Source: an uncultured Chloroflexia bacterium (lineage in GTDB: Bacteria; Chloroflexota; Limnocylindria; Limnocylindrales; CSP1-4). From it: a stretch of 64,000 nucleotides of DNA. Positions 9,099 to 18,032 of the stretch are shown here, in pieces; the stretch's first letter is position 1; the number at the start of each line of letters is the position of its first letter. The notes under the pieces were generated by a model. It was not told the DNA's origin. It searched no databases and saw nothing but the letters and a program-made list of their open reading frames with translations. The stretch covers positions 576,001-640,000 of the forward strand of contig CAVVYR010000007.1 in NCBI GenBank assembly GCA_963752475.1. Direction: 5' to 3'. Made by a program: the position numbers and the translations under genes.

Positions 9099-11696
9099 AT
9101 GACGGTAACCACCCTTACGACCGAATTCGGCGGTCGCACGATCACCATCGAGACTGGCAAGATGGCCAACCTCGCTGGTGGCTCCGTGACCGTGCAGTAC
9201 GGCGACACCATGCTGCTCGGTACGGCCAACCGTGCCAACCCCCGCCCCGGTCTCGACTTCTTCCCGCTCACGATCGATTTCGAGGAGCGGATGTACGCCG
9301 CGGGCAAGATCCCCGGCGGTTTCATCAAGCGTGAGGCCCGCCCGTCGGAGGCGGCCATCCTCGCGTGCCGCCTGACGGACCGTCCCATCCGCCCGCTCTT
9401 CCCCAAGGGCTACAAGGACGACGTCCAGTGCGTGCTCACCGTGCTCAGCACGGATCAGGAGAACAACCCCGACGTCATCGGCACCATCGCCGCGTCGGCT
9501 GCACTGACCATCAGCGAGATCCCGTTCCAGGGCCCCATCGGCGCTGTCCGCATCGGCCGCATCGATGGCGAGTTCGTGGTCAATCCGCTGGCCAGCCAGA
9601 TGGAGGAGTCGGAACTCGACCTCATCGTCGCCGGCACCGCTGACGCGATCATGATGGTCGAGGCTGGCGCCAAGATCCTGCCCGAGGACGTGATGGCTGA
9701 CGCGATCATGTTCGGCCACGAGTCCATCAAGCCCGTGATCGAGCTGCAGGAGCAGCTGCGCGAGCTGGTGGGCAAGGCCAAGCAGATCCCCTACATCGAG
9801 CCGTCCGTCGACTCTGTCGTCGACTTCGTGGACGCGGTAGATGCGGGCGAGTCCTTCGTCGTCTTCGACACCGAGACGACGAGCAAGGACGCCAGGACCG
9901 GCGAGCTCGTCGAGATCGGCGCCGTGCGCCTCTCCGGCGGCAAGGTCACCGACACCTTCGAGACGCTCGTCAAGCCCACTCGCGGCATCGTCGGCAACCA
10001 GATCCACGGCATCACCAACGCTGACGTCGAGGGCGCGCCCAGCCCGGCTGAGGCGGCTGCCCAACTCCTCGACTTCGCCGGCGACGACATCCTCGTCGGT
10101 CACAACGTCGGCTTCGACATCGGCTTCATCGAGGCCGCTCTGGCGGACGGGACCCGCATCGAGCCGGGCACCTACCTCGACACGCTCGTGATCGCGCGTG
10201 CCGGCTACCCCGATCTTGACGCTCACAAGCTGGGCGACCTGGTCGAGTTCTTCGGGCTCGACGTCGATCCCAAGCATCGCGCCCTGGCCGATGCCGAAGC
10301 CACCGCGGCCCTGCTCCAGGGCATGGCCGAGGACATCCCCGTCCGCGTCAACGCGTTCAAGTCGGCCGTCGCTGACACGATCCGCATGCGCAAGGGCGGC
10401 GACAACAACGACGTCGCAGACGCCGCCTTCGAGGCTGCGCTCGTGGCCTCCGGCCTGTCGAAGGGCTTCACCACGTTGCTGCACAAGAAGACCGTGCGTG
10501 AGGTCACCCTGGCCGAGGGTATCCGCATCGATGGTCGTGACGTGGACACCATCCGTCCCATCTCGGTCGAGGTCGGCCTGCTGCCGCGGGCCCACGGCTC
10601 CGGTCTCTTCACCCGCGGTCAGACGCAGGCGCTCACCGTGGCCACGCTTGGCCCTTCGAGCGACGTGCAGCGCATCGACACCATCAGTCCCGAAGAGTCG
10701 AAGCGCTACCTGCACCACTACAACATGCCCCCGTACAGCACCGGCGAGAACAAGTTCATGCGCGGCCCCGGCCGTCGTGAGATCGGCCACGGTGTCCTGG
10801 CGGAGCGCGCACTCCTGCCGGTCCTGCCGTCACAGGAGGAGTTCCCCTACGTCCTCCGCCTCGTGAGCGAGTGCGTCACCTCCAATGGCTCCACCTCCAT
10901 GGCCTCGACCTGCGGCTCGACGCTGGCACTGATGGACGCGGGTGTGCCCATCAAGGCACCTGTCGCGGGTGCGGCCATGGGTCTCATCACCGACGGCGAG
11001 GACTTCGTGGTCCTGACCGACATCCTCGGCAAGGAGGACTTCTTCGGTGACATGGACTTCAAGGTCACCGGCACCGAAGAGGGCGTCACCGCGCTCCAGA
11101 TGGACATCAAGGTCAAGGGCATCAACGAGGACATCATCCGCCAGGGCCTTCAGAAGGCCTACACGGCGCGCATGACCATCCTCGACAAGATGACCGAGGT
11201 CATCGGCGAGGCCCGTGAGGATGTCAGCGACTTCGCGCCGCGCATCACCACCATCAAGATCAACCCCGAGAAGATCCGCGACATCATCGGCAAGGGTGGT
11301 GCCACGATCCGCAAGATCCAGGAAGAGACCGGGACCGAGATCAACGTCGAGGACGACGGCAGCGTCGAGATCGCCGCGGTCGACCAGACCAAGTCGGCCA
11401 AGGCCATCGAGTGGATCGAGTCGATCACCAAGGAGGTCGAGGTCGGCGGGCTGTACCTGGGCAAGGTCACCCGCATCATGGGCTTCGGCGCCTTCGTCGA
11501 GATCCTGCCGGGCAAGGAAGGCCTCGTTCGCATCGGCGAGCTGGCTGACTACCACGTCCCCACCGTCGAGGACGTCGTCCAGGTCGGCGACGAGATCATG
11601 GTCGTGGTCATCGAGATCGACCGCCAGGGTCGCGTCAACCTGAGCCGCAAGGCCGCCATGCAGCGGCACCAGGCCAAGGAGGATGCGGAGGCCTAG
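9099..11696 (+). CDS. pnp: Polyribonucleotide nucleotidyltransferase with an inserted DEDDh exonuclease domain
   Basis: PH1 (DFFPLT, GKIPGGFIKRE, DRPIRPLF), PH2 (RREIGHG, SNGSTSMAS, DFFGDMDFK), KH (IIGKGG) and S1; extra domain at about aa 253-408 with DTETT/HNVGFD/HRALAD. Confidence 0.97.
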   Translation: MTVTTLTTEFGGRTITIETGKMANLAGGSVTVQYGDTMLLGTANRANPRPGLDFFPLTIDFEERMYAAGKIPGGFIKREARPSEAAILACRLTDRPIRPLFPKGYKDDVQCVLTVLSTDQENNPDVIGTIAASAALTISEIPFQGPIGAVRIGRIDGEFVVNPLASQMEESELDLIVAGTADAIMMVEAGAKILPEDVMADAIMFGHESIKPVIELQEQLRELVGKAKQIPYIEPSVDSVVDFVDAVDAGESFVVFDTETTSKDARTGELVEIGAVRLSGGKVTDTFETLVKPTRGIVGNQIHGITNADVEGAPSPAEAAAQLLDFAGDDILVGHNVGFDIGFIEAALADGTRIEPGTYLDTLVIARAGYPDLDAHKLGDLVEFFGLDVDPKHRALADAEATAALLQGMAEDIPVRVNAFKSAVADTIRMRKGGDNNDVADAAFEAALVASGLSKGFTTLLHKKTVREVTLAEGIRIDGRDVDTIRPISVEVGLLPRAHGSGLFTRGQTQALTVATLGPSSDVQRIDTISPEESKRYLHHYNMPPYSTGENKFMRGPGRREIGHGVLAERALLPVLPSQEEFPYVLRLVSECVTSNGSTSMASTCGSTLALMDAGVPIKAPVAGAAMGLITDGEDFVVLTDILGKEDFFGDMDFKVTGTEEGVTALQMDIKVKGINEDIIRQGLQKAYTARMTILDKMTEVIGEAREDVSDFAPRITTIKINPEKIRDIIGKGGATIRKIQEETGTEINVEDDGSVEIAAVDQTKSAKAIEWIESITKEVEVGGLYLGKVTRIMGFGAFVEILPGKEGLVRIGELADYHVPTVEDVVQVGDEIMVVVIEIDRQGRVNLSRKAAMQRHQAKEDAEA

Positions 11697-11733
11697 CGCC
11701 TCGCGCCCCTGGCGCACTCACGCAAGCGACATG

Positions 11734-11770
11734 GACCGCCGTCCTCATCGAGAGGGCGGCGGTCTCGTTC
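11734..11770 (+). terminator. Probable intrinsic terminator after pnp
   Basis: GACCGCCGTCCTC-atcga-GAGGGCGGCGGTC 13-bp hairpin (one G-U) with a weak T tail. Confidence 0.55.
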
Positions 11771-12052
11771 GTCCCGTGTGGTCACCCGCAGTCTTGGGTG
11801 GCACCATCAGGGCCTTGTCCCCACCACAGGGCCGATCGACCGACCGGATGGCTTATCCGCTGGGCTCAGCCGCCGATCGGCCTGCCTCGTGGGACGAACG
11901 GCAGCCGAACGCTTCCTGCTCGGTCGCATGGCACCCCTGCTGGGAGAGCCGGGCCGCACCGGCGGATACTCGGTCGTTCGGCACCCCAGGTGGTTCAGCC
12001 AGGCGTCGAGGTGCCCCGGCATCCGCGGTGGATCCGTCGCCGGTCGGTCCGC

Positions 12053-13141
12053 TCAGTGGGCCGGCTCGGGCCCCTTGAGTGCAGCTTCGTAGACGTCGCG
12101 CGTGGCATCGGCCACGCGCTCCCAATCGAAGCGTGAGAGGTCGGCGGCGTTGTGGCGCCCCATGGCCTCGAGGTCCACATCCATCGCGGTTCGCAGTGCG
12201 CCCTCGAGGCCCTGCGGGTCGTCCGCGTCGTAGAGGATGCCGCCCTGCTCGTCGAGCACATCGGTGACACAGCCACGACGGGGCGCGATGACGGCCCGTT
12301 CGAAGGACATCGCCAGCAGCACCGAGCCGCTGGTGAAGATCTCGAGGAAGGGAGCGGCGACCACGTCCGCGGCTCGCAGGTAGAGCTGCAGGTCGTCGTC
12401 CTCGACGAACCCGAGCGAGAGATGGATGCGTTCATCGCCCTTGGCCGCGGCCGTCAGGCGTGCGGCGTAGGCACCGTCTACGGCCTGGCCCGCGATGACC
12501 AGGCGGGCGTCCGGCTCGTCGAGCTTGGTGAACGCCTCATACAGCTCCCACACGCCCTTGTAGCTGCGGACCCAGCCCACGAACGAGATGACCTTGGCCT
12601 CTGCGGGCAGGCCCAGCCGGTCTCGGGCCTCCTCGCGCGTGACGTCGTCGGCGTAGGCGCCTTTGTAGTGGCCGTGGGGGATGATGGCGATCTTCGCCCG
12701 TCCGGCCTCGCCGACGCCGAGCGTCTGGAGCAGCCCATCGGCGGCGGCACTGCAGTGGACGATGACCGTGTCCACCAGTTCGAAGAGCGAGCGCATGAAG
12801 GCCAGCTCGTTGGGATCCTCACGCCTGTCGTGGCGGAAGAGGTCGTGAGCCGTCCACACCAGGCCGATGCCACTGCGCTTGGCTAGTCGCAGCTCCACGA
12901 GGGTGCGTTTGGCTTTCACCCGGCTGACCTTGCTGCTCCCGCCGGCGATGTAGGGCTCGGTCCAGTGGATATGGAGGACGTCCGGTCGGCCGTGGCGCCG
13001 CAGCGCTTCCACGACGGGCAGCACGCGCCGCGATCCGGTGGGGTCGGCGCTGACGCTGACTCCACGCGACTCCAGCCCATCGGTGAGGGCGCGCTGGTAG
13101 GCATTGGCGGCCGAGTAGTCGGGCAGGAACAGGACCTTCAC
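12053..13141 (-). CDS. Glycosyltransferase family 4 (GT-B)
   Basis: HIHW, WTAHD, GWVRSYKG, TSGSVLLAMSF; GTG start at 13141. Confidence 0.85.
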   Translation of the reverse strand: MKVLFLPDYSAANAYQRALTDGLESRGVSVSADPTGSRRVLPVVEALRRHGRPDVLHIHWTEPYIAGGSSKVSRVKAKRTLVELRLAKRSGIGLVWTAHDLFRHDRREDPNELAFMRSLFELVDTVIVHCSAAADGLLQTLGVGEAGRAKIAIIPHGHYKGAYADDVTREEARDRLGLPAEAKVISFVGWVRSYKGVWELYEAFTKLDEPDARLVIAGQAVDGAYAARLTAAAKGDERIHLSLGFVEDDDLQLYLRAADVVAAPFLEIFTSGSVLLAMSFERAVIAPRRGCVTDVLDEQGGILYDADDPQGLEGALRTAMDVDLEAMGRHNAADLSRFDWERVADATRDVYEAALKGPEPAH

Positions 13142-13149
13142 TGGCTGGA

Positions 13150-14454
13150 TCAGACTCCGATGTCGTCGTACACGCGCAGCAGCTCCCGGGCTTGATGCTG
13201 CCATGCGTAGCGGGTTCGAGCAGCCTCGAGGCAGCGCATACGCAGTGCGAGACGCTCGTCCTCGGGGGCATCGATGATGTCACGGATGGCCCGGGCCACG
13301 TCGGCTGGATCGGTCGGATCGCAAAGCACGCCGCACCGGGTCTCGTTGACGATGGGGCTGATGCCGGGCAGCTTGCTGGCCACGACCGGCACACCCACGC
13401 CGATGGCGTCGTACAGCTTGGTCGGCGTGTTGAAGCGATGGTTCAACGTGTCGGGCTGGACCGGCATGGCCGAGACATCGGCACCTCGCGTCCACTCGGG
13501 GATCTCCGCCGGTGACACCGAGCCCGCGAAGTGGATGCGGCCGGCGTGCGGGAGAGCGGCCGCGATGGTGCGGTAGCGCTCGTAGTCCGGCCCATAGCCG
13601 GCGACCACGAGGTCCGCATCGTCGATGAGCGAGATGGCCTCGAAGAGCTGTCGCAGGCCGCGTCCGCGCATGACCTGGCCGATGTAGAGCACGATCCGCC
13701 GATCCCGCGACAGCTCGAACAGCGCATGGAAACGGTCGGTCCGCGCCACGTCGTCCGGTCGGACCTCCATCTCCAGGTCATCGACCAAGGCGGCGTTGCG
13801 GACGACGGCGTCGACGGGTCGCCCGAGCACGCGCTCGAGGATCTGGGCGTAGGGATCCGAGACGGTGACGACGGCGTCAGCCGTGCGCGCGAGCCGCTTC
13901 TCGTGGCGGCGGAGCAGTTGCTTCCACGGTCCCGGCAGGCGGGCCATGCGACCGGCCTCGCTGTCGATGTCGTTGGCGTCATAGACGATGATGCCTCCGA
14001 AGTGCTCGCGCAGCGACACGGCTAGTGAGAGGGTGATGACCGACTCGGCCTGCCACACGTCGAAGCCGTCGACCTGCTCCGCGATGATCTTCGACCAGGC
14101 CCGCGACATGCGCAGGTAGCGCAGGGCCTGGATCGCCCGACCCACGCTGTCGCGGACACGACGACGCAGGCCGCCGAGCCGTCCGTGCGGGTCGTCACCC
14201 GTCTCGGGCAGGCTCGGGGCCGGCAGCCACGAGAGCGGCTGCGGCTGACGGATGCGCGTGACCGTGTGGTGCTCGAGCTTCTCGGTCGTGGCCAGCCCGG
14301 CGCCCCAGCGGGCGATGACGGTCACCTGATAGCCGGCCCGACCGAGCGATTCGGCCGTCTTCCAGGCACGCGCGTCAGCCTCGTAGGTGTTGTTGATGAG
14401 GATGGCCACGCGGGCGGGTGCGTGGCGGGCGGCGGCAGCGTCGCGATTTACCAT
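13150..14454 (-). CDS. Glycosyltransferase family 4 (GT-B)
   Basis: DARAWK, IIVYDAND, YIGQVMRGRG, NTPTKLYDAIGVGVPVV; ATG at 14454 (the longer ORF is the antisense shadow of asd). Confidence 0.85.
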   Translation of the reverse strand: MVNRDAAAARHAPARVAILINNTYEADARAWKTAESLGRAGYQVTVIARWGAGLATTEKLEHHTVTRIRQPQPLSWLPAPSLPETGDDPHGRLGGLRRRVRDSVGRAIQALRYLRMSRAWSKIIAEQVDGFDVWQAESVITLSLAVSLREHFGGIIVYDANDIDSEAGRMARLPGPWKQLLRRHEKRLARTADAVVTVSDPYAQILERVLGRPVDAVVRNAALVDDLEMEVRPDDVARTDRFHALFELSRDRRIVLYIGQVMRGRGLRQLFEAISLIDDADLVVAGYGPDYERYRTIAAALPHAGRIHFAGSVSPAEIPEWTRGADVSAMPVQPDTLNHRFNTPTKLYDAIGVGVPVVASKLPGISPIVNETRCGVLCDPTDPADVARAIRDIIDAPEDERLALRMRCLEAARTRYAWQHQARELLRVYDDIGV

Positions 14455-14544
14455 TCCACGGTAGCGTAAGGAGCGCCGAGGGAGCGTAGTAGACGCGTTA
14501 TCATCGTCCCGTGCCCTCGATGGAAGATCCACAGGAATAGCACC

Positions 14545-15612
14545 ATGCCCATCGAGTCCCCCCACCGCCCCCTCACTGTCGCTGTCGTCGGCGCTACCGG
14601 TCTGGTGGGACGAACCATGACCGACATCCTCGCGGAGCGGGACTTCCCGGTCGGTGAGCTGCGCCCGTTGGCGTCCCGTGCCGGCGACCGCACCGTCCAG
14701 TTCGGCGGGCGTGAGTACCCGGTCCGGGTCGCGACCCCTGAGGCCTTCGAAGGCGTGGACATCGCCATCTTCAGCGCCGGTGGCGGGACGTCCGCGGCGC
14801 TCGCTCCCGAGGCCGCAGCCCGCGGCGCGGTGGTCGTCGACAACAGCAGCCAGTGGCGGATGGAGCCGGGCGTGCCGCTCGTGGTAGCGGGCGTCAACGA
14901 CGACGACGCCGCGCAGCACGAGGGCATCATCGCCAACCCCAACTGCTCCACGATGCAGTTGATGCCCTTGTTCAAGGCGCTGCGCGACAGCGTGGGCATG
15001 AAGCGCGTCATCGTCGACACGTATCAGGCCGTCAGCGGTAGCGGCAACAAGGCCGTGGTCGAGCTGGAGGACCAGGTCAGGGCCTTCGCCGCGGGCGAAG
15101 AGATGGAGGCCTCGGTCTATCCGTACCCCATCGCCTTCAACGTCCTGCCCCATATCGACGTCTTCCTCGACAACGGCTACACCAAGGAGGAGTGGAAGGT
15201 CACCGTCGAGACGCGCAAGATCCTGCACCTGCCGGACCTGCCGGTCTCGTGCACGGCCGTGCGCGTGCCTGTGGTCACCTCGCACTCGGAGGCGGTCCAT
15301 GTGGAGCTGCAGGGCTCCATGTCCCCGGACGAGGCGCGCGAGTTGTTCGCCGCTGTCCCTGGTGTGATCGTCAAGGACGACCCCGCCAACGACGTCTATC
15401 CGCTGCCTACCGACGGCGCCGGTGTGGACGAGGTCTTCGTCGGGCGTATCCGCGCCGACGCCTCGCTGCCACCCGGGAAGGGCCTGGCCTTCTGGGTCGT
15501 CTCGGACAACCTGCGCAAGGGCGCTGCCACCAACGCCGTCGAGATCGCCGAGGTCGTGGCCCGCAACGGCTGGCTCAAGAAGGCGTCCGAACGCGCTGCC
15601 GAGGTCGCGTGA
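14545..15612 (+). CDS. asd: Aspartate-semialdehyde dehydrogenase
   Basis: VVGATGLVG, IIANPNCST, YQAVSGSG, DNLRKGAA. Confidence 0.96.
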   Translation: MPIESPHRPLTVAVVGATGLVGRTMTDILAERDFPVGELRPLASRAGDRTVQFGGREYPVRVATPEAFEGVDIAIFSAGGGTSAALAPEAAARGAVVVDNSSQWRMEPGVPLVVAGVNDDDAAQHEGIIANPNCSTMQLMPLFKALRDSVGMKRVIVDTYQAVSGSGNKAVVELEDQVRAFAAGEEMEASVYPYPIAFNVLPHIDVFLDNGYTKEEWKVTVETRKILHLPDLPVSCTAVRVPVVTSHSEAVHVELQGSMSPDEARELFAAVPGVIVKDDPANDVYPLPTDGAGVDEVFVGRIRADASLPPGKGLAFWVVSDNLRKGAATNAVEIAEVVARNGWLKKASERAAEVA

Positions 15613-16343
15613 CGAGCGAGGAACGCGCTGCCGCACTGGAGGCTGTCGCGAGCGAAGTCCGTGACTGCACGCGCTGTCGCCTGGCAGAGGGCCGCACCAA
15701 GGCCGTCCCGGGGGAGGGCAGTCCCGAGACCGAGGTCGTGTTCGTGGGTGAGGGCCCGGGACAGAACGAGGACCGCCAGGGGCGACCGTTCGTGGGCGCT
15801 GCCGGCAACCTCCTGCAGGACCTGCTGGGCATGATCGGATGGAGGCGCGAGGACGTCTTCATCACCAACGTCGTCAAGTGCCGCCCGCCCAACAATCGCG
15901 ACCCTGAACCCGACGAGATCGCCGCCTGTCAGCCGTTCCTGCGGCGACAGCTGGAGATCCTCGACCCGGCGCTGCTGGTCACGCTGGGCCGGTTCAGCCT
16001 GCAGACGTTCATGCCTGGCGATCGCATCAGCCGCGTGCACGGTACCGAACGAGCCATCGACCCCGCTACCGGGGCCCGTGCCGCGACCGGCTACGCCCTC
16101 TACCACCCCGCCGCGGCCCTGCGGCAGGGCTCGCTCAAGGAGACGATGCAGCGCGACATGGCGCGCGTGCCCGAGGTGCTCATCCGCGCCCGAGCCGAAC
16201 GCGCCCCCGCCGAAGCCGCTCCCGAGTCGGAGCCCGAGACCACATCGCCGGCGCCTGCTGAGGCGTCACCGACCAATGAGAACCAGGAACCCCATGAGGA
16301 TGAACCCATGAAACGATCCGACGACCAGTACGGTCTCTTCTGA
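15609..16343 (+). CDS. Family 4 uracil-DNA glycosylase ([4Fe-4S])
   Basis: CTRCRL, GEGPG, KCRPPNNRDP, YHPAA; GTGA overlap with asd. Confidence 0.92.
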   Translation: MTSEERAAALEAVASEVRDCTRCRLAEGRTKAVPGEGSPETEVVFVGEGPGQNEDRQGRPFVGAAGNLLQDLLGMIGWRREDVFITNVVKCRPPNNRDPEPDEIAACQPFLRRQLEILDPALLVTLGRFSLQTFMPGDRISRVHGTERAIDPATGARAATGYALYHPAAALRQGSLKETMQRDMARVPEVLIRARAERAPAEAAPESEPETTSPAPAEASPTNENQEPHEDEPMKRSDDQYGLF

Positions 16344-18025
16344 TGGCCGTGAAGCGAGCTCCCAAGACGAGCCCGGAGGTCTTGCGCGTCGTACCGCTCG
16401 GTGGCCTCGGCGAGATCGGCAAGAACATGACCGTGTTCGAGTTCGGTGGCGAGATCATCGTCGTCGACTGCGGTCTGGCCTTCCCCGAGCCCGAGATGTA
16501 CGGCATCGACATCGTCATCGCGGACATCGCCTACCTGCGCGACAAGCGGGACCAGGTGACGGCCTTCGTCATCACCCACGCGCACGAGGACCACATCGGT
16601 GCGCTGCCGTATGTCCTGCCCGAGTTCCCGGGCGTGCCCGTCTACGCCTCCACCCTCGCGCGCGGCCTCATCAGCAACAAGATCAAGGAGCGCAAGCTCC
16701 GCAACAACCGCCTCGAGGCGCTCGACCCGGGCGACACGGTGGAGCTGGGCAACTTCGATGTCACGGCCTTCCGCATCGGCCACTCCATCCCCGACGCCAT
16801 GGGCCTGCGCATCAGGACACCGTTCGGCGACATCGTGCACACCGGTGACTTCAAGTTCGACCAGACCCCGGTCGACGGCAAGCCCGCCGACTTCGGTGAC
16901 ATCGGCCGCTTCGGCGCGGAGGGTGTGCTCTGCCTCATGTCCGACTCGACGCGTGCCGAGGCGCCCGGCTACACGCCCTCGGAGCGGACCGTGGGCGAGG
17001 CCTTCCACGACATCATGGAAGGGCTGGAGGGCCGCGTCATCGTGGCCACCTTCGCTTCCAACATCGCGCGCGTGCAGCAGGTCTTCGAGGCCAGCGAGAC
17101 CTTCGGCCGCAAGGCGGCCGTGTTGGGCCGCTCGATGGAGCAGAACAGCCGCATCGCCCAGGACCTGGGCTATCTTCGCCCACCCAGCACAGGCCTCGTG
17201 CCCAAGGGCAAGATCTCGTCGGTGCCCGATGATGAGCTGACCATCGTGACCACGGGTGCGCAAGGTGAGCCCATGGCCGGTCTTGCGCGCATGGCCAACA
17301 ACGAGAACCGCTTCGTCGAGCTCACGCCCGGCGACACGGTCATCGTCAGCGCCAGCCCCATCCCGGGCAACGAGGAATACGTCGCACGCACCGTCGACAA
17401 CCTCTTCCGCGCCGGCGCCAACGTCTACTACCACGCCATCAAGCGGGCGCACGTCTCGGGTCACGCCAGCCAGGAAGAGCTCAAGCTCATGCTCAACCTG
17501 ACCAAGCCCAAGTACATCATCCCCATCCACGGCGAGTTCCGGATGCTGGTGCAGCACGGGCGTCTGGCGCAGGAGATCGGCCTCGAGGCGGAGAACATCC
17601 TCATCCTCGAGAACGGTCAACCCATCGAGTTCCTGGCCGATGGCTCGGCGCGCCGGGGCGAGCCGGTCGAAGCCGGCCGTGTCTACGTCGACGGTGTCTC
17701 CGTGGGTGAGGTCGGTGAGGTCGTGTTGCGCGACCGCCGGGCCCTGGCCAAGGACGGCATGTTCATCGTGGTCGTGACCGTGGACAAGCAGCGTGGCCGC
17801 CTCGTGGGCCGGCCCGAGGTCGTCACGCGAGGCTTCGTCTCACCCACTGAGGAGAAGATCATCGCCGGCTCCGTCGAACGCGTTGCCAACGCGCTGCAGA
17901 AGCCCGGCGACCACTTCGCCGAAGCCGGCCTGCTCAAGGCCCAGGTGAAGGACAACCTGTCCGCCTACCTCTACGAGCAGACCCGTCGGCGGCCGCTCGT
18001 GTTCCCGGTGATCGTGGAGGTCTAG
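16343..18025 (+). CDS. rnj: Ribonuclease J
   Basis: PLGGLGEIGKN, THAHEDH, HTGDFK, HVSGHA, PIHGE. Confidence 0.96.
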   Translation: MAVKRAPKTSPEVLRVVPLGGLGEIGKNMTVFEFGGEIIVVDCGLAFPEPEMYGIDIVIADIAYLRDKRDQVTAFVITHAHEDHIGALPYVLPEFPGVPVYASTLARGLISNKIKERKLRNNRLEALDPGDTVELGNFDVTAFRIGHSIPDAMGLRIRTPFGDIVHTGDFKFDQTPVDGKPADFGDIGRFGAEGVLCLMSDSTRAEAPGYTPSERTVGEAFHDIMEGLEGRVIVATFASNIARVQQVFEASETFGRKAAVLGRSMEQNSRIAQDLGYLRPPSTGLVPKGKISSVPDDELTIVTTGAQGEPMAGLARMANNENRFVELTPGDTVIVSASPIPGNEEYVARTVDNLFRAGANVYYHAIKRAHVSGHASQEELKLMLNLTKPKYIIPIHGEFRMLVQHGRLAQEIGLEAENILILENGQPIEFLADGSARRGEPVEAGRVYVDGVSVGEVGEVVLRDRRALAKDGMFIVVVTVDKQRGRLVGRPEVVTRGFVSPTEEKIIAGSVERVANALQKPGDHFAEAGLLKAQVKDNLSAYLYEQTRRRPLVFPVIVEV

Positions 18026-18032
18026 CCCGCCC

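Noticed and set aside
9855-10325. pnp insertion as an intein or homing endonuclease
   Set aside because: No Cys/Ser start block, no terminal His-Asn and no LAGLIDADG/HNH motif; the motifs are those of a DEDDh exonuclease.
8646-10790. 714-aa minus-strand ORF opposite rpsO-pnp, and similar long ORFs opposite hutU, rnj, ftsK, rodZ, miaB and the EF-G paralog
   Set aside because: Antisense shadow ORFs expected from strong GC3 codon bias; no recognisable motifs.
14455-15636. Apparent 828-aa glycosyltransferase with a long N-terminus
   Set aside because: The extension is the reverse complement of asd; the real gene starts near 14454.
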